Assembly: GCA_963794325.1 (NCBI GenBank)
Contig: CAWCDG010000007.1
Coordinates: 256,001 to 320,000 of the forward strand
Length of the DNA: 64,000 nt
Reading direction: 5' to 3'
From: an uncultured delta proteobacterium
GTDB lineage: Bacteria > Desulfobacterota > Binatia > Binatales > Binataceae
Both the position numbers and the translations under genes were made by a program. This document shows, in pieces, positions 1-8,533 of the stretch. The notes under the pieces were generated by a model that worked only from the letters and a program-made list of their open reading frames with translations, was not told the DNA's origin and did no database searches. Every line of letters starts with the position of its first letter. The first letter of the stretch is position 1.

Positions 1-607
<607 letters not shown>

Positions 608-720
608 ACTATAACTTAGCGAAGATTTGCAATCTGGCCTGCAAAGTTGGGCGCAGCCTTCAAATGCTCAGTCGAATGATGCCCTCGCGCTCGCCGTTGC
701 AATGCAGGAGAGGGTCGAAC

Positions 721-1184
721 AGCCTGCCCTGAGCCTTGCCGAAAGTTGAGGGTCCTTCTGAAGTGGCACAGGCTTTAGCCTGTGATTCTTCTTCCGCGCG
801 CGATTCAAGATTCCGCTCCGCATTCTTGTCCTTGTGTCATTCCAGAGCGCGTCCGGATGAGCCGCTTCCACCAGCCGAAGCCCTGAGCGCACCCGAAGGG
901 GAAGAATCCCGCCTCCGATCTTCGCCTCGCCCCGTCAGGGCGAGGATCGAAGAGCCTGCCCTAAGCCTCGCCGAAGGGTGAGGGCCCTTCTGAAGTGGCA
1001 CAGGCTTTAGCCTGTGATTCTTCTTCCGCGCGCGATTCAAGATTCCGCCCCGCATTTCTTGTCCCTGTGTCATTCGGAGCGCATCCCGATGATTCCGCAT
1101 CCACCAGCGGAAGCCCTGAGCGCAGCCGAAGGGGAAGAATCCCGGCTCTTCTCTTCCCCTCGCCCCGTCAGGGCGAGGATCGAA
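721..1184. repeat. tandem ~232-bp duplication built from nested REP-like palindromes
   Basis: Copies start at 721 (AGCCTGCCCTGAGCCTTGCCGAA) and 953 (AGCCTGCCCTAAGCCTCGCCGAA). Both contain GTGGCACAGGCTTTAGCCTGTG, TGTCATTC..GAGCG...GAAGAATCCC and CCTCGCCCCGTCAGGGCGAGG. Confidence 0.9.
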
Positions 1185-1234
1185 GGTGAGGGTCCGCTTA
1201 CGGCGCGCGATTCTCGCGCGCGAGTTTGGATTCT
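1151..1234 (+). repeat. left arm of the ~85-bp inverted repeat flanking the methyltransferase-nuclease cassette
   Basis: CTCTTCCCCTCGCCCCGTCAGGGCGAGGATCGAAGGTGAGGGTCCGCTTACGGCGCGCGATT... matches the reverse complement of 4038-4123. Confidence 0.85.
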
Positions 1235-1545
1235 TTTCTCGCTCAGACTGTTGCCAGCGATCTGGGAATTGGCCCACCAATCGAACCGGAAGTTCTCAAG
1301 TGGCCCGCAAGTTGAGTCGCCCTTGGTGCGGTCTTGAGAAAGTGCGGTTCATGACAACCGCTGTCCGTACTAATCAAAAATGTGCACGAAGCTCACGCCT
1401 CAGTATTTGGAAACCGCTATTCGCGTGCTACGATCCACTCGGTTTCGTTAGGGGGCATCGAGTTCGTTGGTTAAACGTCAGCCATACGTGCAAGGCAATG
1501 CGGGCCACTGCGGTCGGAACGCAATCTAGCGTCCGAGCGCCGAGA

Positions 1546-2353
1546 ATGCTCAAACTTCCGTTCGGTCCGGAAGCTCTCCGCATCCGTCCGCCGCTCAAAT
1601 GGGCCGGCGGAAAGCGATGGCAAGTGCGGCATCTGCACGACAATCTGGAGACCACACAATCATCGAAGACTGGTCGAACCGTTCTGCGGCGGTCTCGCTA
1701 TTACACTAGGACTGGCACCTTCTTGCGCACTACTTAATGATGTGAACCCTCACCTCATTAATCTATATCGCTGGTTAAAAAGAGGACTGAAGCCAACGAT
1801 CTCGATGAAACACAATTCCAAGGCATATTACGCGCAGCGCGTTCGCTTCAACGAATTGCTGTCAGCCGGCAAGGCTGATACTGCCGAAGCTGCGACATTG
1901 TTCTACTACCTGAATCGAACCGGCTATAACGGACTTTGTCGTTTCAATAACAAGGGCCACTTCAACGTTCCGTTCGGTCGCTATAAGAAGATCGACTATC
2001 GTAGCGATTTCACTGAATATAAGAAGGCCTTTGCCCAGTATGAGTTCACGAATACCGATTTCGAGAAGCTGGAGCTTCATCCCGAGGATTTCGTGTACGC
2101 TGATCCGCCTTACGATGTAGAGTTCACTCAGTACTCGACGGGCGGCTTTGGCTGGGAAGAGCAGGAACGCGCAGCAGAATGGCTGGCAAAACATCGCGGT
2201 CCGGTAGTGCTGTCGAATCAGCGGACAGAGAGAATAGAAAAGCTATATGCGAAGCTCGGATTCTCCGTCACATTACTATCTGCGCCACGGCTAATCAGTT
2301 GTAACGGCGACAGAACCCCGGCGCGGGAAGTATTGGCGACGCTCAACCTGTAG
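1546..2353 (+). CDS. Dam-family (D12 class) N6-adenine DNA methyltransferase with a +1 frameshift near 1640
   Basis: PPLKWAGGKRW in the first frame continues after one extra base as IWRPHNHRRLVEPFCGGLA...LLNDVNPHLINLY, then FYYLNRTGYNGLCRFN, FNVPFG and catalytic YADPPY. Alternative start at 1498. Confidence 0.9.
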
Positions 2354-2357
2354 TGCC

Positions 2358-2771
2358 ATGCCCGGAAACACTCGAACCGGCAGTGTTCTGGAATTAACAA
2401 TCCTGCCTGCCTTAGATCGTGGCGGCTACCACCATCGCGCGCAAATTGAGATTGGCCAACGCCTCGGCTGCGGTAAACACATAGTTGATATAGTCGCAGA
2501 GAAAGATGGCCGCGAGTTCCTAATTTCGTTAAAGTGGCAGCAAGTCGCTGGCACAGCGGAACAGAAGGTCCCGTTTGAAGTGATATGTCTCTTAGACGCA
2601 ATCGAACGGGGAAGGTACTCCAAGGCGTACTTAGTACTCGGAGGAGAGGGATGGAAGTTACGACAGTTTTATATAAATGGCGGCTTGAACCGCTTTCTTT
2701 CTGTGGAAGATAGGGTCGAGATCGTCACATTAGAAGGATTTATCGCTAAAGCAAACTCGGCGCGGCTATGA
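2358..2771 (+). CDS. PD-(D/E)XK superfamily nuclease (restriction-endonuclease-like)
   Basis: VDIVAE...LISLKWQQVAGTAEQKVPFE fits D...SxK with a relocated Glu; starts 4 nt after the methyltransferase stop. Confidence 0.75.
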   Translation: MPGNTRTGSVLELTILPALDRGGYHHRAQIEIGQRLGCGKHIVDIVAEKDGREFLISLKWQQVAGTAEQKVPFEVICLLDAIERGRYSKAYLVLGGEGWKLRQFYINGGLNRFLSVEDRVEIVTLEGFIAKANSARL

Positions 2772-2777
2772 GTAAAA

Positions 2778-3617
2778 ATGGCTGACGACAATCTCAAAGA
2801 TCAGCGCGCGGCGTTCGAGTTCCTACGCGAAAAGTTCCGCTCCCAGGATGCGTTCACAAAGCACGATCTTGAGCAGAAAACCGGCTGGGTTTGGAAATCG
2901 GTAACTACATATTGGTCCAAACAGTTCGAGCCCTTCGTCAAGCCAGTCTCCCCGATCCTAAAGGGGGCTGCGCAGAAAGACCAAAAGTTCAGAGTAACTA
3001 GAGCGTTCTTGCCTTTTGGCACGTGGACGAAGTTCCGTCGGCACGTCAGCCAGAAGCGGCGTCTAACCTTTCACTACGATCACACAAGCTACGACACAGT
3101 TCTGTTGTTCGATTTTTTTCTCCCGCTTACGAATGAAACAGTGCTTCGGATGTCTCTCGATTCCCTGTTCTACAAGGACACAATCCAGAAGCAGCTACTC
3201 GCCATTGGCATTCAGACACTACGCACGCACTTCAAAGGTGCCGAAGGCGCAAGCGACGACGCTTTCCTACAAGAACTTACCGGGTGGATTGGCGATCACT
3301 TCGGAGGCTATTCGATCAGCCACGTCAATGGCCGATTTAAGGCGCGACCCGATAAAGGCGAACCAGCGATGCTCACTATGCAAGAGGCAACGGCACTTCA
3401 AGAACGCGCCGGGCGGTATCTCATTGACGAAACCACCGCGATCACTCGCTTCATCTTTCCGTGTCACGATAGGGAAGAGGCTGAAACGGTTCGATGGTTC
3501 TTCTTCGAATTATTCGTCGAAAGCGTAACCGAAGTAAGTGGCGAAGCTGAAGTTTGGATGATCGAGAGCGGTCTGCAAACTCGTTTGCATATCTGGAATG
3601 TCAAACAAGAATCGTAA
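2778..3617 (+). CDS. hypothetical protein, 279 aa; possible N-terminal winged HTH and C-terminal PII/ferredoxin-like domain
   Basis: In the operon, 6 nt after the nuclease. FTKHDLEQKTGWVWKSVTTYWSK looks HTH-like; later pattern FFLPL...HFGGYS..NGRF...IDE...EAEVWMIE. Confidence 0.7.
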   Translation: MADDNLKDQRAAFEFLREKFRSQDAFTKHDLEQKTGWVWKSVTTYWSKQFEPFVKPVSPILKGAAQKDQKFRVTRAFLPFGTWTKFRRHVSQKRRLTFHYDHTSYDTVLLFDFFLPLTNETVLRMSLDSLFYKDTIQKQLLAIGIQTLRTHFKGAEGASDDAFLQELTGWIGDHFGGYSISHVNGRFKARPDKGEPAMLTMQEATALQERAGRYLIDETTAITRFIFPCHDREEAETVRWFFFELFVESVTEVSGEAEVWMIESGLQTRLHIWNVKQES

Positions 3618-3966
3618 GATCAGTCAGGTTAGAGTTCGTCCGGCTATTGGCGACACCGACGTGCGGGTTTGGCTGCGCGCGAATGGCTACGACGACGTGG
3701 CCGATCAAATTGATCAAATGATGGTTCGCTGGAAAGCGCAGGGCAAGGCAACCCGGCGCAACTGGTGGGAAATTCTCGCCGGAGACAAGAGTGGCAATCC
3801 TCGCATTGCTGGAGGCAAGAAGTTTCCGATATTGCGCGCTGCGCGTATTCGGCAAGGTCTCGGAACAGATGTCCCAAACTTGCTGTGCAGAAACGTAAAC
3901 GAACAGGCACCCCCTGTCCGCAACCCTCCACGATGGTCCGGAGAACGAGGGCAACGTTCCAACTGA
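3598..3966 (+). CDS. basic hypothetical protein, 122 aa
   Basis: Overlaps the previous gene's end. Trp/Arg-rich core WLRANGYDDVA...TRRNWWEILAG...FPILRAARIRQGL. Confidence 0.7.
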   Translation: MSNKNRKISQVRVRPAIGDTDVRVWLRANGYDDVADQIDQMMVRWKAQGKATRRNWWEILAGDKSGNPRIAGGKKFPILRAARIRQGLGTDVPNLLCRNVNEQAPPVRNPPRWSGERGQRSN

Positions 3967-4037
3967 AAGTTCTCCCATGGTCGCGCTCTATGACCGCGCC
4001 GGCGCGACCATTCCCAATCACCGGCCAACCCAGGAGC

Positions 4038-4123
4038 AGAATCTTGAGTCGCGCGCAAAAAAATCGCGCGCTGTATGCGGACCCTCACCTTCGATCCTCT
4101 CCCTGACAGGGCGAGGGGAAGAG
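4038..4123 (-). repeat. right arm of the ~85-bp inverted repeat; further REP-like hairpins continue to ~4250
   Basis: Reverse complement reads CTCTTCCCCTCGCCCTGTCAGGGAGAGGATCGAAGGTGAGGGTCCGCATACAGCGCGCGATT... Confidence 0.85.
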
Positions 4124-4338
4124 GGGGCGAGCAATTGTGCAATTCTGACAGGCGGGACGGGAGGTCTGCGCAGCGCGTTTGTCCTCCACCCTGACCCTCC
4201 TCCGACGTTGGAGGAGGGAATTCGGACGGGGCGCTCTGGAATGACAGGAGTCGGAGGGCGGGCACGGCGTGCTATCTCCGGGGCTGCCGCGCGCTACCCA
4301 ATTTCGTGTTTCGTTCTCCTGAACTAAACTGCCAAAAA

Positions 4339-4354
4339 CGTTTCACGTGAAACA
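4339..4354. promoter_or_regulatory. parS: parS centromere-like site (ParB binding)
   Basis: CGTTTCACGTGAAACA contains the perfect palindrome GTTTCACGTGAAAC and matches the canonical TGTTTCACGTGAAACA at 15/16; intergenic. Confidence 0.85.
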
Positions 4355-4494
4355 TTTTCGCCTAAAAAACTCAGCAAATCAGCCCTGTCTTGTCGAAAAA
4401 AAGCGAAACTCCGCGCACTGGATCAATCCAATGAAATTTTCCACGTTGACCCACAGGTGACCGAGTGTTAGCCGGAATGGGGGAGGGCTTTTTC

Positions 4495-5802
4495 ATGAAA
4501 CGCATGCTCTCAATCGCAATCGCTGCAATCGGGCTGCTCTGTTCCGTCACGATCGCGAGTGCCGCCTCGGTCAAGCCCGGCGACGTTATCGGCAAGGAGA
4601 ATGCGGGCCTGGTTGCCGACCTCCTCAGTCCCGGCAACTACGCGCTCGCGCGCCAGGGGATGGAGATGAAAATCGTCCCGACCCGGGACTACGATTGGCC
4701 GCCGCCGTTCAAAAGCTCGACCGAGCAATACTCATCGCAGGTTCGGCTCGGTCCGAACGGCGAGTTGCAGCATTACAAAGCCGGGTTGCCGTTTCTCGCG
4801 ATCGATCCCAACGACCCGACCGTCGCGCAGAAAATTATGTGGAACTTCCAGTTCGGGCCGTCCTTAACCGACGACCTCGACTCGAAGGACGATGCGATCG
4901 CTTCCTACGCGCCCGGAAACTCAACGCCGTGGTCCTTCTATCCGGTCGGGCAACTCGCCGTGTATCGCAATATCGGGCGCGCCGAAGTCGCTCCAATCAC
5001 GGAGGACAACGACTGGTATTCAGGAATCATGCAGCGGCTGGCGCTCGGGCCAATTATCGTTCCGATCGAACCGCCGTTCTGGCAAACGCCGTGGGACTAT
5101 ATGGTCCGCTACCGCTACGCGGATCCGAAGCGCGGCGATCTGGTGTGGTCGGGGCAGTCGACCTGGGGTTTCTCGGATTACGAACATCCGGGGATGGGGC
5201 CGACGGACTACCTGGTAGGAACCTCGTTCTTCGGCAACCTCGACATGGACTCGCTGTTCGGTTTCTCGGGACGATTCGCCGACTATGACTTCAAGTATCT
5301 CGGCGAGAAGCAGATGCTTGCAGTCGTCCACGCGTCGAGCCTCCCCGCGCGGTCATGTGCAACCGACAATGGCCGCACGATTTGCCCCGAGAACTGGGAG
5401 CTGCGCCACGTCTATGTTATCGAGGCGGACGCGCGCAGACAGGGCATGCTCGGTGACGTTCCTCCGATCGCAAAACGGATTCTGTACATCGATTCTCAAG
5501 GATGGTTCATCACTGCCTCTGATCAGTTTGATCACGCAGGGAACCTGTGGAAGACGCTGGCGATTTTCAACACGGTGCGCGATCGCGAATATCCGAATTC
5601 GAAAGCCGCCGTCTACAACTTCCCCCGCCTGTTCCAGACCGCGATGGTCGATGAAGACGTGCAGAGCGGCTATTCGACGATTTTCTTCACGCCCACACCC
5701 GACCGCGAGCCGCACGATACGTGGTTCATCAACCAGGGCGTGGTCTCGTCCCGCTGGATAGTGCCGAACCGCTACACCACCTATCGGCAATACTTTTATT
5801 AA
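4495..5802 (+). CDS. DUF1329-family exported protein
   Basis: Signal peptide MKRMLSIAIAAIGLLC; motifs VKPGDVI, STEQYSSQVRL, YKAGLPF..IDPNDP..AQKIMWN, WELRHVYVIE, KRILYID, DHAGNLWK. Confidence 0.8.
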   Translation: MKRMLSIAIAAIGLLCSVTIASAASVKPGDVIGKENAGLVADLLSPGNYALARQGMEMKIVPTRDYDWPPPFKSSTEQYSSQVRLGPNGELQHYKAGLPFLAIDPNDPTVAQKIMWNFQFGPSLTDDLDSKDDAIASYAPGNSTPWSFYPVGQLAVYRNIGRAEVAPITEDNDWYSGIMQRLALGPIIVPIEPPFWQTPWDYMVRYRYADPKRGDLVWSGQSTWGFSDYEHPGMGPTDYLVGTSFFGNLDMDSLFGFSGRFADYDFKYLGEKQMLAVVHASSLPARSCATDNGRTICPENWELRHVYVIEADARRQGMLGDVPPIAKRILYIDSQGWFITASDQFDHAGNLWKTLAIFNTVRDREYPNSKAAVYNFPRLFQTAMVDEDVQSGYSTIFFTPTPDREPHDTWFINQGVVSSRWIVPNRYTTYRQYFY

Positions 5803-5868
5803 GAGCGTGAGATTTGTGGGGCGCGATGGCTATCGCCCGCGAACCGTTTAGACTTAAATAGACGGGCA

Positions 5869-6294
5869 ATGAAGCCAAAAATAATTGGATCAATTCTCGC
5901 GATAGGCGTCGCGCTTGCCGTCGTGCAGCCGGCCCTAGCGGCGGACAATGACGTGGCTGACGGCCACAAGTATTTCGTCCGCTACTGTGCATCGTGTCAT
6001 GGGACGGACGGGCTTGGAGATGGGCCAGTGGCGAAGAGCCTCGTCACGCCGCCGGCGAATCTGCGCAAGCTCGGCGACAAATACGGCATGCCGCTGCCCG
6101 CGCATAAGATTGCCGAGTTCATCGACGGTCGCGATACAGCCAGGGCGCACGGGAGTCACGAGATGCCCGTGTGGGGCGAGAAGCTTTACGAGATGGGTGC
6201 GGGTGAGCGCGGCGAGTACGGAATCGGCGAGGTGATCGGCAAAATAATCGCGTACCTCAATACGATTCAGGATCGACGGACCGCGATGAGATAG
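5869..6294 (+). CDS. monoheme c-type cytochrome
   Basis: Signal peptide, CASCH heme motif, HG..EMPVWG distal Met. Confidence 0.9.
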   Translation: MKPKIIGSILAIGVALAVVQPALAADNDVADGHKYFVRYCASCHGTDGLGDGPVAKSLVTPPANLRKLGDKYGMPLPAHKIAEFIDGRDTARAHGSHEMPVWGEKLYEMGAGERGEYGIGEVIGKIIAYLNTIQDRRTAMR

Positions 6295-6299
6295 GCCAG

Positions 6300-6932
6300 T
6301 TACGTTCCGCGACGCATCCAGACGACTCGGCCTTCAGTTGCGATATCGATGTCGACCTGCTTCGCGACTTTGAGGAAGAACAAGCTCGGATCCTTCATTC
6401 CCCAATCGACGTACGGCACTGAAAAGTGACACGCGGCGGTCAGCGTGTTTCCGACCAGCTGACCATGAACATCAGTGACGATTTCGTGCCTCGCACCGTG
6501 AATTGTCAGGACTCCGTCGAGCTTTGCTTGAAACTGGCCTCCCGTCCTCAGTTCTAGAGTAAAGTGCTGAGGGTCGAAAGTTATCTCTGGATACCTTTGA
6601 GCCTCGAGAACATTCTCTCGCATGTCTCTGTCACGCTTGCCGATGCCCGTGACGCCGCTCCTGGCGTCGACGACGATGGAACCGCCAGCTTTGCCAGTAG
6701 CGGGGTCCGCGATGATGGTTCCTCGTTCAAGTTTGAAAGTTCCATGTGTCGTATGTAGCGAACCTGGCAAGCGGAACTCGACGAGCGTTTTCGATGGATC
6801 AAGTTCCAAAGATCCTGAGCGTAAATCCAGCGCCGCCCCGTTTTGGGCGGAGGCGGCCAGGGCGCTTACGAACGCCACGACAAGAACGCTAAATCTTCTC
6901 AATGCGCAGCCATCGCGGGCTGCGAGGCCCAC
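6300..6932 (-). CDS. YceI-family (lipid/polyisoprenoid-binding) protein
   Basis: LHTTHGTF, RDRDMRENVLEAQRYPEITF, GVLTIHG, YVDWGMKDPS. Confidence 0.85.
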   Translation of the reverse strand: MGLAARDGCALRRFSVLVVAFVSALAASAQNGAALDLRSGSLELDPSKTLVEFRLPGSLHTTHGTFKLERGTIIADPATGKAGGSIVVDARSGVTGIGKRDRDMRENVLEAQRYPEITFDPQHFTLELRTGGQFQAKLDGVLTIHGARHEIVTDVHGQLVGNTLTAACHFSVPYVDWGMKDPSLFFLKVAKQVDIDIATEGRVVWMRRGT

Positions 6933-7345
6933 TTGATGAGCAACATTTTTTCATCGTCGGTGAGGCGCGCGGAGTGATCGAGCGCCGTGTAGTCTCCGGG
7001 CGGCATAGAACCACCGCTAACGGAGGCTCCTATGCTCTTCAATGCTCCTGATTTCTTTTGCGCGTCGTAGGTTTGCCAATCGGAAAAATTCAGCACTCCG
7101 CGCGCTGAGTTAGCTGCAAGGTATGTCGGAGAAACGGCCGCGTACCAGGGTGCCTTACCTCCGGTCGAATGGCACTGGTAACACGACTTCTCAAGGATCG
7201 TGTTCACCTGCGAGTCGGTACTAACTGTATTGGTAGAACTCGGAACGGTCGCTTCAGGCGTAGCCGCCTGCTGAGAGCTGGAACAACCCACAATCAGAAC
7301 AGCTAGAGATAAAAGCAATGCTATCGGTAGGGGAAGCTTAAGCAT
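6899..7345 (-). CDS. haem-binding-domain lipoprotein (c-type)
   Basis: Start moved to ATG 7345 (GAAGGAG RBS). IVGC lipobox; ILEKSCYQCHS, PWY, LNFSDW, MPPGDY...HSARL. Confidence 0.85.
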   Translation of the reverse strand: MLKLPLPIALLLSLAVLIVGCSSSQQAATPEATVPSSTNTVSTDSQVNTILEKSCYQCHSTGGKAPWYAAVSPTYLAANSARGVLNFSDWQTYDAQKKSGALKSIGASVSGGSMPPGDYTALDHSARLTDDEKMLLIKWASQPAMAAH

Positions 7346-7356
7346 CGTCACTCCTT

Positions 7357-8523
7357 CTAGTCGTCGAGGCTTACGAAGCGGATAAGTCCTGCGCATAGGA
7401 AGATCATTCCTATACCTAAGGTTGCCGCCAAGGGCAGCAACGCAGCGGACGGCGGTTGGTTGCGAATCATCAAATCGTTGAACGCCTGCATGGTCCAGGT
7501 CGTCGGTAGCCATCGAGCGAGTTCGCGCATCCATCCGGGCTCGAAGTCCAGCGGCCACCAGCATCCGCCGATCGCCGCCATCGAAATGCTGATGGTCACG
7601 CCCAATGACGGCACCGAGTCGTGCGCGGTTGCAACAGAGGCGACCACCAGTGCTAGCGCTGCAGCCGCGAAAGAGATCCCGACCGTCGGTATGATCAAGG
7701 CTAGAGGATTGCGCCCAAGCGAGATTCCGAACAGCGCCCATCCGACCGCGAATAGCACGATCATTTGCGCGATCCCGACGATGAACCGCGCGAATAATTT
7801 CCCCAGTAGCAGACCTGTAAGCGGCGCACCACTGACCTGGAGGCGCTTCAGGGTCCCCCAATCGCGCTCATCGAAGAGCGTCAGCGCGATTCCCAGCATC
7901 ATACCTATAAGGAGAAACGTGATGCCGAATCCGGGGACGTACTGATCGAAGGCGTTCACAGTCACGGCTTCGCCCTCGATCGCAGGTTTCTCGACGAATC
8001 CGATATCTCCCGGGAGCACGATCGCCTGAGCCTCTCCGAAGGACTCGATTTGCGATTGGGCCGCCGTCCTCGCTTGTTCGGTGATCCTTCGGCATAACTC
8101 GTCGATACGAAGCTCGAGAGCGTTGATCTCGACTCGCCTGACGGGATCGACGAATAGAATCAGCCGAGGCTGGCCGCCTGCGGCGACCTGGCTGCTGGTT
8201 CCCGCAGGAATTAACATCGCTATAGGAGTCCGATCGCGTCGGCTTACAACGCGTCGCGCTTCGTCGGGGTCGTCGAGCACCTCCAAAGCGACGCCGTGCT
8301 CCCTGCGCAAAGCCTCAATTATTCCCTGGGCTACTTTTCCGTGATCGAGGTCGACCAGGGGTAGCCGAAAAGAATTCGCCGAGCCACCGTACAGACCGCC
8401 GAGCGAGTATCCCGCGACGGTGATAATTACGATCGGCGCGAACAACAGCATGAACACGACGATCGGATCCTTGACCAGGAGCCGCGCCTCGTTTTGCGTG
8501 GTTAGCCAGATTGCTCGAAGCAT
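7357..8523 (-). CDS. ABC-2 type exporter permease
   Basis: ABC-2 topology; ERDWGTLKRL, GGCWWPL, LPTTW. Confidence 0.9.
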   Translation of the reverse strand: MLRAIWLTTQNEARLLVKDPIVVFMLLFAPIVIITVAGYSLGGLYGGSANSFRLPLVDLDHGKVAQGIIEALRREHGVALEVLDDPDEARRVVSRRDRTPIAMLIPAGTSSQVAAGGQPRLILFVDPVRRVEINALELRIDELCRRITEQARTAAQSQIESFGEAQAIVLPGDIGFVEKPAIEGEAVTVNAFDQYVPGFGITFLLIGMMLGIALTLFDERDWGTLKRLQVSGAPLTGLLLGKLFARFIVGIAQMIVLFAVGWALFGISLGRNPLALIIPTVGISFAAAALALVVASVATAHDSVPSLGVTISISMAAIGGCWWPLDFEPGWMRELARWLPTTWTMQAFNDLMIRNQPPSAALLPLAATLGIGMIFLCAGLIRFVSLDD

Positions 8524-8533
8524 GGCGATACGC

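Noticed and set aside
721-1234. CRISPR array or protein-coding ORFs in the repeat block
   Set aside because: The unit is ~232 bp, duplicated whole with no unique spacers, and no cas genes are present. The ORFs here are translations of palindromic repeats.
1620-1660. Programmed frameshift or phase variation in the methyltransferase
   Set aside because: No homopolymer, simple repeat or slippery heptamer is present, and four other genes show the same +1 defect.
7346-7861. N-terminal 170 aa of the 320-aa ORF 6899..7861
   Set aside because: Overlaps the ABC permease out of frame; the real start is ATG 7345, with an RBS and lipoprotein signal.
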